From positions 54,259 through 118,258 of the forward strand of contig CANQPD010000003.1 in assembly GCA_947625655.1 (NCBI GenBank): DNA of 64,000 bases, read 5' to 3'. Positions within the stretch are counted from its first letter, which is position 1. Every line of letters starts with the position of its first letter. Below are positions 54,271 through 64,000 of this stretch, piece by piece. The notes under the pieces were generated by a model. The model was not told where the DNA came from. It saw only the letters and a program-made list of their open reading frames with translations, and ran no database searches. This DNA is from an uncultured Dysosmobacter sp. Lineage in GTDB: Bacteria > Bacillota > Clostridia > Oscillospirales > Oscillospiraceae. A program made the translations under genes and the position numbers.

Positions 54271-55464
54271 AACAGGCTCACTCCTTTTTCAGGGTCAGAA
54301 TTGTTGCGTTCGTTCTGGAATAGGGTTTCTGGATTTTGATTTTTCATGCGTGGAAATGTAAATTTTTATAGGAGGGACGGAGAGCCGCCCTGGCGGGCGG
54401 GGGATAAAGGATCACGCAGACTTGCGTGGGAGATGCACCCCCCCATTTTCTTTGGTCTTGCCAAAGAAAACGGGCCGTGCACGGTCATCTCCGCGCTAAG
54501 AGCCGCCGCTTTGCGGCGGTTGCGCTCCGAAACGCTCCGCTGCGGCTCCATGAAAAGAAAAACGCTTTTCGTCCAAACTTGACCCTTTATGGGTCAAGTT
54601 TGGGGATGCGAAGGCTGTTGGCGGCGACCGGATAGAACTTGGAAGGTCTCATCCGGCTGCGCTGGACGTTGGTAATTGTCTGGCGTTCAAGCCGCATTTG
54701 TCCCGTGGGTGCGGATCTGCGGAATATCAACGCAAGGGCTTTCGCACCCCACCCGTGTGTTCCGCTTCGCTACACACTGCGTGGGCGGTTATCCCGCGCT
54801 GCGCCATGCGGCGGGGCGGGGTCGGCCCGCCCTGCGGATTTTGGCATTTTAGGGGCCTGCCGAAGGCAGAAAAGGGAGCGGCAGCGGAAGTAGGCGCAGA
54901 AGCCCATGCAGGTTTTGCCCGGTTTTGTACCGCGCCGGTTCGCGTGGCGGAAAGGGGACGACGATTGCCATGCATCCTTCCCGCGCCCAACGCGGAAACC
55001 TGTAAATTTCCTCAAACATATCTTTCCAAGTCCGCATCCCCAAACTTGCGTCCCATGGCACATGGGATGCAAGTTTGGACGAAAAGCGTTTTTCTTTTCA
55101 TGGAGCCGCAGCGGAGCGTTTCGGAGCGCAACCGCCGCAAAGCGGCGGCTCTTAGCGCGGAGATGACCGTGCACGGCCCGTTTTCTTTTCGGCGCAACCG
55201 AAAAGAAAATGGGGGGAACAGGTGAAGCGCCGCCAGTGGCGGAGAAAGCGAGCCTGTTTCGAGGAAGCGGCACGATTGGCGGCCCCGACAGGGGCCGCCA
55301 ATCGTATTGCCGCGACGGTGGAGCATCCCCCGTATGCCTGCCAGGCATACATCCCCCCTCCGCAAGGGCAAAAAAAGAACAGGCCGAAGCCTGTTCCTCT
55401 TCCGCGCCCCTGCGCCGGCGCAAATCCGCAGGAAAAAAGGAGAGGCTCGCGCCTCTCCTTTTCA
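54271..55464. repeat. ~1.2 kb non-coding repeat field upstream of arcA; contains a 118-bp perfect inverted repeat (54463-54580 / 55071-55188)
   Basis: The arms were compared base by base in reverse complement. They extend imperfectly to ~54437 and ~55214. The same unit types occur at 52115-53046. Confidence 0.85.
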
Positions 55465-56167
55465 TCAGCTGTTTTTGCCCAGATATGCTTCCTTGACCTT
55501 TTCGTCGGCCAGCAGCTCCGCACCGGTGCCGGACATGGTGATGTTGCCCGTCTCCAGCACATAGGCCAGGTCCGCGATCTTCAGGGCCATGTTGGCGTTC
55601 TGCTCGATCAGCAGCACCGTCACCCCCTGGCGGTTGATCTCCTGGATGATCTTGAAGATATCCTGCACCACCAGGGGCGCAAGGCCCAGGGACGGCTCGT
55701 CCAGCATCATCAGCTTGGGACGGCTCATCAGCGCCCGGCCCACGGCCAGCATCTGCTGCTCGCCGCCGGACAGCGTGCCCGCCAGCTGCCAGCTGCGCTC
55801 CTCCAGCCGGGGGAACAGCTGGTAGACCCACTGGATGTCCTTGGCGATGCCCTCCTTATCCTTGCGGAGGTATGCGCCGATCCGCAGGTTTTCCAGCACC
55901 GTCATGTCCGGGAACACCCGCCGCCCCTCGGGGCTCATGGCGATGCCGCTGGTGACGATCTTGTCGATGGACTTGCCCAAAAGCTCCTCCCCGTTCCACT
56001 GGATGGAGCCGGAGGACGCCTTCACAAGGCCGGTGATGGTCCGCAGGGTGGTGGACTTGCCGGCGCCGTTGGCGCCGATCAGGGTGACGATCTTGCCGTC
56101 GGGCACCTCCAGGGAGATGCCCCGGAGGGCCTGGATGCCGCCGTATGCCACGTGGAGATTTTCGATT

Positions 56168-56175
<8 letters not shown>
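55465..56175 (-). CDS. livF: branched-chain amino acid ABC transporter ATP-binding protein
   Basis: 236 aa: GANGAGKSTTL, LSGGEQQML, LMMLDEPS. Confidence 0.9.
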
Positions 56176-57162
<987 letters not shown>

Positions 57163-57166
<4 letters not shown>

Positions 57167-58290
57167 TGTTTCGCCTCCTTCCCGTGCTTTCCGGTCAGCT
57201 TCCTGCCCCACTTGGCCAGGGTGCCGAAGATGCCGTTCCAGGAGAATTCGCTGGTGCCCATCAGGCCCCGGTTATAGAACAGGACAATGACCATCAGCAA
57301 AACAGAGAAGATGACCATGCGCAGTCCGGAGCGGAAGATGGGGATGCTGACCCCGGCGATGCTCAGGGGGTTGTCGCACCAGCGCAGCCACTCCTTGCCG
57401 GCGGTGTAGACGAAGGCGCCGATCACCGTGCCGGTGACGGAGCCCAGGCCGCCCAGCACCACGATGAGCAGCAGCTCATAGGTCAGGGCGATCTTGAACT
57501 GGTTGGGGTCGATGGCGGTGAGGTGGCTGGCCAGCAGACCGCCGCCGATGGCGGCGAAGAACGCGCCGATGGCGAAGGACATCTGCTTGTGCTTGGCCAG
57601 GTTGATGCCCATGGCCTCGGCGGCGATCTCGTTGTCCCGGATGGCCTTGAAGGCCCGGCCGTAGGAGGAGTTGATGAGCATCACGATGATGGCGATGCAG
57701 ATGGCCACCAGCCCCAGGCACAGCCACAAGCCGCTGCCGGGGAGCCCCAGGCTCTCCCACATGGAGGAGAAGGAGGGCACGTTTTTCAGTCCCAGGGAGC
57801 CGTTGGTGAAGGGGGCCAGCTCGTTGTTGGACAGGACTACCCGGATGATCTCGGAAAAGCCCAGGGTGGCGATGGCCAGGTAGTCGCTCTTCAGCCGCAG
57901 CACCGGCGCGCCGATGAGCAGGGCCAGTCCCGCGGCCACCAGGCCGCCCAGGATCAGGGCCACCAGGAAGGGCAGGCGGATGTTTTCCAGCACAGGGTTG
58001 ATGGGCACCACATAATAGATGCCCGCCCGGCCCGCCGGGTCGGTGGTGAGCATGGCCACCACATAGGCGCCGATGGCCATAAAGCCCGCCTGGCCCAGGG
58101 AGAACAGGCCGGTGAAGCCGTTGACCAGGTTCATGGACACGCCCACCAGGGCGTAAATGGCGCTGAGTTTGATGATGTTGGTCACGTAGGTGCTGCCGAT
58201 GATCTTCAGGTCCAGCAGGGTGATGACCACCGCCGCCGCGGCCACCAGGGCGACAGTCAGGCCTACGTTTGCCTTTTTACTCAATTTCAT
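57163..58290 (-). CDS. livM: branched-chain amino acid ABC transporter permease
   Basis: 375 aa, polytopic LivM-type: ...GFTGLFSLGQAGFMAIGAY.... Confidence 0.85.
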
Positions 58291-58297
58291 AAACGTA

Positions 58298-59191
58298 TCA
58301 CACCTTATCTGTCATTTTTTCGCCCATCAGGCCGGTGGGCCGCACCAGGAGCATCAGGATCAGCAGCACGAAGGTAAACGCGTCGCTGTAGCCGCTGAGG
58401 GAGGGGAACAGGGCCACCAGGAAGGTCTCCACCGCGCCGATGATGAACCCGCCGATGCAGGCGCCGGGGATGGAGCCGATGCCGCCCAGCACCGCCGCCA
58501 CGAAGCACTTCAGTCCCGGCATCATGCCGCTGTAGGGATAGACCATGGGGCGGGGCGAGAAGTAGAGGATGGCGCCCACCGCCGCCAGGGCAGACCCGAT
58601 GGCAAAGGTGAAGGAGATGACCCGGTTGATCTTGATGCCCATGAGCTGGGCGGTCTCAAAGTCCTTGGAGGCGGCCCGCATGGCCATGCCCATCTTGGTC
58701 TTGTTCACCAGGAACATCAGCGCGATGACCAGAACGATGGTGACGATGGGGGTGATGATGGTCACCGACTGGAGATTCACCGAGCCCCACACCAGGGGGA
58801 TCTGCAAAAAGGAGATGGCGGGAAAGGCCTTGGGAAGGCCGGTGAAGAGGTAGGTGGCAAAGTTCTCCAAAAAGAAGGAGACGCCGATGGCGGAGATCAT
58901 GATGGACATGCGGGGGGCGGTGCGCAGGGGCTTGTAGGCCAGCTTTTCAATGACCACGCCCAGCAGCACCGTCAGCAAAATCACCGCCGGGATGGCCACG
59001 AACCAGGGCAGCATGAAGTTGGTCATGGCGAAGATGGTGAAGTAGCCCGCCATCATGAAGATGTCGCCGTGGGCGAAGTTGATCAGGCGCAGGATGCCGT
59101 ACACCATGGTATAGCCAATGGCGATCAGGGCATAGGCGCTGCCGATGGAGATGCTGGTGGCACAGCTTTGGAAAAAGGTTGTCAGGTCCAT
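58298..59191 (-). CDS. livH: branched-chain amino acid ABC transporter permease
   Basis: ...GSAYALIAIGYTMVYGILRLINFAHGDIFMMAGY.... ATG 59191 is preferred over the track start. Confidence 0.85.
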   Translation of the reverse strand: MDLTTFFQSCATSISIGSAYALIAIGYTMVYGILRLINFAHGDIFMMAGYFTIFAMTNFMLPWFVAIPAVILLTVLLGVVIEKLAYKPLRTAPRMSIMISAIGVSFFLENFATYLFTGLPKAFPAISFLQIPLVWGSVNLQSVTIITPIVTIVLVIALMFLVNKTKMGMAMRAASKDFETAQLMGIKINRVISFTFAIGSALAAVGAILYFSPRPMVYPYSGMMPGLKCFVAAVLGGIGSIPGACIGGFIIGAVETFLVALFPSLSGYSDAFTFVLLILMLLVRPTGLMGEKMTDKV

Positions 59192-59370
59192 TGGGGGGAA
59201 TCGCCTCCAGTATTTCAAAATTCCGGAATGGGAGAGATGTTCCCAGCCAAGTCAAAAACGGAGCAATGTGCATTGGCGGCGCTTTTGACCAGGCTGGAGA
59301 CATGCCTGGGAAAAACAGCAGTCGGGCAGGAGACTTGCGCCCCCTGCCCGGTGCTGTATCGGGGTCGGAA

Positions 59371-60549
59371 TTACTGTACGTCGGACACGGTGACAGTGTC
59401 GGCGTAGGTCAGCCTGCCGTCCTTGACCACCTTCAGCACGGCGGAGTCCTTGGACACGTCGCCGTTCTCGTCAAAGGCGATGGGGCCGGTGACGCCGGTG
59501 AAGCTGACGTCCTTCAGGGCATCCCGCACGGCGGCGCCCTCGGTGGAGCCGGCGGCCTCGATGGCCTGGATGGCGGTCATGTAGGCGTCGTAGCCCAGAG
59601 CGGTGACCACGTTGATGGTGTCGGTGTTGAACGCGGTCTTGTAGCCGCTGACGAAGTCGGCAACATCCTCGCCGCTGTCGTCAAAGAAGGTGGAGGCGAT
59701 GATGCCCTCGGCGCAGCCGGCGGAGCCCTTCTCGGCGGTCTGGACCATCTCGGCGTTGTCCCAGGTGTCGGGGCCCATGAACACCGCGTCCAGGCCCAGG
59801 CTCTTGGCCTGCTGCAGGATCACGGGAGCGGCGGTGATGGAGCAGGGCGCGAACACGCACTGGGCGCCGGAGGTCTTGATGTTCTGCAGCAGGGCGCTGT
59901 AGTCGGAGTTGTTGGCGGGGAAGCTCTGGCTGGAGACGATCTCGCCGCCGAAGTCGGCGAAGTAGCCCTCGAAGAACTGGCCCAGGCCGATGGAGTAGTC
60001 GTCGCCCACCTGGGTCAGCACGGCGGCCTTGTCATAGCCCTGCTGGATGGCATAGTAGGCCAGGACCTTGGCCTGGAAGGAGTCCAGGAAGCAGACGCGG
60101 AAGTAGAAGTCGTTGCCCAGAGTGACCTGGGGGTTGGTGCAGGAGCAGCCGATGGCGGGGATCTCAGCGTCCTTGAACACGGAGCCGGCCGCGATGGACA
60201 CGGCGGAGCCGTAGGAGCCCAGGATGATGGAGCAGCCCTCGTTCACCAGATAGCTGGCGGCGTTGGCGGCCTCGGACTTGTCGGACTTGTTGTCGGAGAT
60301 CACCAGCTCCACCTGGTATTCCTCGCCGCCGATGCTGACGGTGGGCCGGACCTGGTTGGCGTACTTGATGCCGTCCACTTCCAGCTGGCCGCCGCCGCCG
60401 TTTTCGCCGGTGGTGGGCTCGAACACGCCGATCTTGACGACCTTGTCGCCGGAGGCGCCGCCCTGGCCGGAATCGGAACTATTGCCGCCGCAGGCCGCCA
60501 GGCTCAGGGCCATGACCAGCGCCAGCACAAATGCTGTCAGTTTCTTCAT
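59371..60549 (-). CDS. amino acid ABC transporter substrate-binding lipoprotein (LivJ/K type)
   Basis: MKKLTAFVLALVMALSLAACGG lipobox. Periplasmic-binding-protein type I fold: ...KIGVFEPTTGENGGGG.... Confidence 0.85.
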   Translation of the reverse strand: MKKLTAFVLALVMALSLAACGGNSSDSGQGGASGDKVVKIGVFEPTTGENGGGGQLEVDGIKYANQVRPTVSIGGEEYQVELVISDNKSDKSEAANAASYLVNEGCSIILGSYGSAVSIAAGSVFKDAEIPAIGCSCTNPQVTLGNDFYFRVCFLDSFQAKVLAYYAIQQGYDKAAVLTQVGDDYSIGLGQFFEGYFADFGGEIVSSQSFPANNSDYSALLQNIKTSGAQCVFAPCSITAAPVILQQAKSLGLDAVFMGPDTWDNAEMVQTAEKGSAGCAEGIIASTFFDDSGEDVADFVSGYKTAFNTDTINVVTALGYDAYMTAIQAIEAAGSTEGAAVRDALKDVSFTGVTGPIAFDENGDVSKDSAVLKVVKDGRLTYADTVTVSDVQ

Positions 60550-60834
60550 TCTTTTCATCCTCCATTTCAGTGGGACAGACGTTTGTCCCCATATGGATAA
60601 TATTTTATGTGTTTTTCCCCCCCTTTGCAAGGTAAATAATTCACAGAAAGATTTCCCCGTTTTTCCCATTCTCAAAAGCTGTCCCTACATTTTCCCCCGA
60701 TCCTGTCCCCTTCTCGCGGACAGTTGCCCAAAGCCGCCGCTTTTTGTGGGACATTTGTCTTTCATTTGCGGACAATCGTTTTGGTGATTCTGCCGAATCG
60801 ACTCTGGGACAACTGCTGATTTTCCGCCTGTTTT

Positions 60835-60867
60835 GCAAAAAAGAGGACGGCCAAGGCCGTCCTCTTT
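60835..60867 (-). terminator. rho-independent terminator of ftsH
   Basis: On the minus strand: AAGAGGACGGCC-TT-GGCCGTCCTCTT followed by TTTTGC. Confidence 0.8.
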
Positions 60868-60876
60868 CCGCTTTTC

Positions 60877-62733
60877 TCATTCGGCGGACGGCCCGCCGCC
60901 GTCCACGATGGCCAGGAAGGCCTCCCGGTCCATGGTCTCATGCTCCAGCAGATACTTGGCCACAGCGTCCAGCTGCGCCCGGCGGCCCTGGAGGATCTCC
61001 CGGCAGCGCCGGCAGGCATCCCCCACCACCGCCTTGATCTCCTCGTCGATCTGGGCCGCCACCGCCTCGGAATAGCCCCGGCTCTGGCCCATGGTGCGGC
61101 CGATGAACACCTCGTCATGGCCGGTGTCAAAGGCCACCGTGCCCAGCTTTTCGCTCATGCCGTAAGCCGCCACCATCTTGCGGGCGATGGCGGTGGCCCG
61201 CTGGATATCGTTGCTGGCGCCGGTGGAGATGTCCCCCAGGCACAGCTGCTCCGCCACCCGGCCCCCCAGCAGCGCCACGATCTGGTCCTCCATGTAGCGC
61301 TTGGAGAGATAGGAGCGGTCCTCCTCCGGCAGGGAGATGGTCATGCCGCCGGCCCCGCCCCGGGGGACAATGGTGATCTGGCTCACCGGGTCCTGGTCCG
61401 GCAGGGCGTGCATCACCACGGCGTGGCCCGCCTCGTGCCAGGCGGTCAGCTCCCGCTCGTGCTGGGGGATGACCCGGCTCCGCTTCTCCGGTCCGGCGAT
61501 GACCTTGATCTCCGCCTCCCGCAGGTCCTCCATGGTGATGAACTGCCGGTCCTTCCGGGCCGCCAGCAGGGCGCCCTCGTTCACAAGGTTCTCCAGGTCC
61601 GCGCCGGTGAATCCGGCGGTGCCCTGGGCCAGCTTCCGCAGATCCACGTCCTCCGCCAGGGGCTTGCCCTTGGCGTGGACCTTCAGGATCTCCTCACGGC
61701 CCTTGATGTCCGGCAGGCCCACATAGATCTGCCGGTCGAACCGGCCGGGCCGCAGCAGGGCGGGGTCCAGCACATCTGCCCGGTTGGTGGCGGCCAGGAC
61801 CACCACGCCCTCGTTGGCGGCAAAGCCGTCCATCTCCACCAGCAGCTGGTTGAGGGTCTGCTCCCGCTCATCGTGGCCGCCGCCCACGCCGGTGCCGCGC
61901 TGGCGGCCCACGGCGTCGATCTCGTCGATGAACACGATGGCGGGGGAGGTCTTCTTCGCCTGATCGAACAGGTCCCGGACGCGGCTGGCGCCCACGCCCA
62001 CATACAGCTCCACGAAATCGGAGCCGGAGATGGACAAAAAACCCACCCCGGCCTCGCCGGCCACCGCTTTGGCCAGCAGCGTCTTGCCGGTGCCCGGGGG
62101 GCCCACCAGCAGCACGCCCTTGGGGATGCGGGCGCCCAGGGAGATGAAGCGCTTGGGGTCCTTCAGAAACTCCACGATCTCCTGGAGCTCCTCCTTCTCC
62201 TCGTCCGCGCCGGCCACGTCCTCAAAGGTGACCTTCTTGTCCTTGTCCGACAGGACGCGGGTCCGGGCGGAGCCGAATTTCGCCATGCGGTCGGCCCCCA
62301 TGCCGCCGCCCTGGGCACGGAAGACGAAGAAATAGAACATCACGCCCATCACCAGGGCGGTCAAAAGCCAGGGCAGGATCAGCTCCAGCCAGTTGGTGGT
62401 CTCCGGCTCCGGGTAGTCGTAGGCCTTGATGACCCCCTTGGCATACTGATCCTGGACCAGCTGGTTCATGTCGTCGTAAAACAGCTGGAAGTCATACAGC
62501 CGGTAGCGGACGGTCCTGCTGCCGTCCAGTTCCTCCCGCAGGGTCATGGTCAGGGTGTGGCTGTCGTCGATGGAGAAGGCCTCCACCTTCTCCTGCAGAA
62601 ACAGCTGGCGGACCTGGGAGTACTCCAGCTGGGGCGTCTGGCTGTTGGCCTGCCACAGCCAGCTCATGCACAGGAAGATCACCAGGGCCAGGAAAATAAA
62701 GCTGAAATTGGACACACGGTTATTTTTTGTCAA
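60877..62733 (-). CDS. ftsH: ATP-dependent zinc metalloprotease FtsH
   Basis: 618 aa: [13 protein letters not shown], second-region-of-homology [24 protein letters not shown] zinc site. Confidence 0.95.
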   Translation of the reverse strand: MTKNNRVSNFSFIFLALVIFLCMSWLWQANSQTPQLEYSQVRQLFLQEKVEAFSIDDSHTLTMTLREELDGSRTVRYRLYDFQLFYDDMNQLVQDQYAKGVIKAYDYPEPETTNWLELILPWLLTALVMGVMFYFFVFRAQGGGMGADRMAKFGSARTRVLSDKDKKVTFEDVAGADEEKEELQEIVEFLKDPKRFISLGARIPKGVLLVGPPGTGKTLLAKAVAGEAGVGFLSISGSDFVELYVGVGASRVRDLFDQAKKTSPAIVFIDEIDAVGRQRGTGVGGGHDEREQTLNQLLVEMDGFAANEGVVVLAATNRADVLDPALLRPGRFDRQIYVGLPDIKGREEILKVHAKGKPLAEDVDLRKLAQGTAGFTGADLENLVNEGALLAARKDRQFITMEDLREAEIKVIAGPEKRSRVIPQHERELTAWHEAGHAVVMHALPDQDPVSQITIVPRGGAGGMTISLPEEDRSYLSKRYMEDQIVALLGGRVAEQLCLGDISTGASNDIQRATAIARKMVAAYGMSEKLGTVAFDTGHDEVFIGRTMGQSRGYSEAVAAQIDEEIKAVVGDACRRCREILQGRRAQLDAVAKYLLEHETMDREAFLAIVDGGGPSAE

Positions 62734-62766
62734 AAAGGTCCCTCCTTTGGGAAAATCGCCATGAGA

Positions 62767-63072
62767 TCAGTTGGCCGCGTAGACCTCCGGCTTCAGGACG
62801 CCGATGTAGGGGACGTTGCGGTACTGCTGGCAGTAGTCTAACCCGCAGCCCGTTCCCGCCGGGCAGGCCCGGCGGGAGCCCTTTGATCGGTTTTGAACGG
62901 TCCGGAGTGAATCCGGCCCGTTCCGAGGTTTTGCTCCGCAAAACGCTCGTACGCCGTGACCGGCGGCGGCGCTCTGCGCCGCCCGTGGTGTGCTCCGGCC
63001 TTACTGGGCCGCGTATACCTCCGGCTTCAGGACGCCGATGTAGGGCACGTTGCGGTACTGCTGGCAGTAGTC
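62767..63072. repeat. 162-bp insert (62839-63000) flanked by a 72-bp direct duplication of the hpt 3' end (63001-63072 functional; 62767-62838 displaced; ~6 mismatches)
   Basis: Both copies encode [22 protein letters not shown](Q/N)-stop on the minus strand. Internal differences are synonymous (GTG/GTC, GTA/GTC). Confidence 0.85.
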
Positions 63073-63555
63073 CAGGCCGTAGCCCACCACGAACTCGTCG
63101 GGGACCACGAAGCCCGCCAGATCGGGGGTGATGGCCTTGGTGCGGCGGGAGGGCTTATCCAGCAGCGTCACGATGGTGATGGACGCGGCGCCCTTGGTCA
63201 GGAAATACTGCTTTAAAAAGGCCAGGGTGTTGCCGGAGTCCAGAATGTCCTCCACAATGATCAGGTGGCGGCCGGTGATGTCCTGCTGGATGTCGTGGTT
63301 GATCTTCACCCGGCCAGAGGACACCGTGGCGTTTTCATAGGAGCTGACGGCGATGAACTCCACGTCGCTCTTCACCTGGCAGGCGCGCACCAGATCCGCC
63401 ATGAACACGAAGGAGCCCTTCAAAACGCTGAGGAACAGAGGGTTCTTCCCCTCAAATTTCTCATACAGCTCCTCGCCCATCTCCGCGATGCGGGCCTTCA
63501 GCTCCTCCTCCGTCACCAAAACCTTCAGGATATCCTTTTCCATCTCGCTTCTCAT
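63001..63555 (-). CDS. hpt: hypoxanthine phosphoribosyltransferase
   Basis: 184 aa: ...HLIIVEDILDSGNTL (PRPP motif)..., ...VVGYGLDY.... GAGGAG SD before ATG 63555. Confidence 0.9.
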   Translation of the reverse strand: MRSEMEKDILKVLVTEEELKARIAEMGEELYEKFEGKNPLFLSVLKGSFVFMADLVRACQVKSDVEFIAVSSYENATVSSGRVKINHDIQQDITGRHLIIVEDILDSGNTLAFLKQYFLTKGAASITIVTLLDKPSRRTKAITPDLAGFVVPDEFVVGYGLDYCQQYRNVPYIGVLKPEVYAAQ

Positions 63556-64000
63556 GTGTCGCTCTCCTCTGTTTCTTGATAAAATGTCACAAACACCGCC
63601 GTTCCGTCCTCTTGCGGTGTAAATTCCACATCCATGCCGATCTTCGGCACCGCCGCGGGCCTCCCGTCCGCCCGCAGCACCGGCAGGCCGTCCCGCCGCC
63701 AGGGCCGGACGCCCCGGTCGGCGCACAGCCGCTTCAGGGTCCGGCTCCCCCGGGCGCCCGGAAGGGTCATCCGGTCGCCGGGCCGCCAGGCGGAGACGGA
63801 CAGTTCCGCCGCTTCCGGCAGGGACAGCCGGTGGCTCTCCCCCCTCCCCGGCGCCGCCGCCAGGGTCACGGTCCAGTCTCCGAAGCGCACCGTCTCTCCC
63901 CGTGCGATGGGGACCGGCTCCGCCGGCGGGGACTGGCGAAAAATCACCAGGTCCTCCCCTTCGCACCAGACCATCAGGCGGCAGGACAGCCGCGCCTCCA
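63552..64000 (-). CDS. tilS: tRNA(Ile)-lysidine synthetase, C-terminal domain (5' part beyond the window end)
   Basis: ...RPGDRMTLPGARGSRTLKRLCADRGVRPWRRDGLPVL... matches the TilS C-terminal domain. The tilS-hpt-ftsH order is conserved. Confidence 0.75.
   Translation of the reverse strand, partial: EARLSCRLMVWCEGEDLVIFRQSPPAEPVPIARGETVRFGDWTVTLAAAPGRGESHRLSLPEAAELSVSAWRPGDRMTLPGARGSRTLKRLCADRGVRPWRRDGLPVLRADGRPAAVPKIGMDVEFTPQEDGTAVFVTFYQETEESDT

Noticed and set aside
52115-55464. Possible CRISPR array in the repeat-dense regions around arcA
   Set aside because: The repeats are heterogeneous units of different lengths, many palindromic and in both orientations. They lack the constant repeat-spacer periodicity of CRISPR, and no cas genes are in the window.
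54770-55831. 353-aa ORF, and other ORFs crossing the repeat fields and inserts (8444..9484, 39003..40115, 52870..54339, 9230..9547)
   Set aside because: They run through REP-like palindromic repeats or antisense to arcA/livF. Composition is Arg/Pro/Gly-rich nonsense, with no SD or family resemblance.

Overview
High-GC, spore-forming Clostridia-type chromosome segment (inference from spoVAC, the glgBCDAP order and the tilS-hpt-ftsH order; possibly Oscillospiraceae-like). Most of it is housekeeping, largely on the minus strand: glycogen operon glgB-C-D-A-P (1-7279); a TSUP exporter, aspartate racemase and Na+/dicarboxylate symporter; a ROK-regulated sugar locus (SDR, FGGY kinase) that ends where a truncated GPH transporter abuts a truncated ABC exporter; four tRNA genes (Gly, Thr, Tyr, Val); topoisomerase IV parE/parC split by a secreted-protein gene; hemW, tdk, mutY; arginine deiminase genes arcA / arcB / arcD-like; livJHMGF; and ftsH-hpt-tilS. 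Accessory content: (1) a ~6.5 kb AT-richer integrative island at the tRNA-Val 3' end, bounded by a perfect 25-bp direct repeat. It carries a zinc-ribbon tyrosine integrase, four to five HTH regulators, a lipoprotein and five small C-terminally membrane-anchored proteins. (2) Five short non-coding inserts (123-225 bp), each flanked by a long direct duplication of the local terminator, tRNA 3' end or gene 3' end. (3) Two ~1 kb REP-like repeat fields bracketing arcA, one with a 118-bp perfect inverted repeat. (4) A MerR-headed six-gene overlapping operon in which a 2-TM module with a conserved C-terminal tail occurs three times, and the tail coding sequence supplies the SD and start codon of the next gene. 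This operon is my best candidate for an undescribed system. No rRNA or CRISPR array was seen. Many long ORFs in the track are antisense artefacts of high GC.
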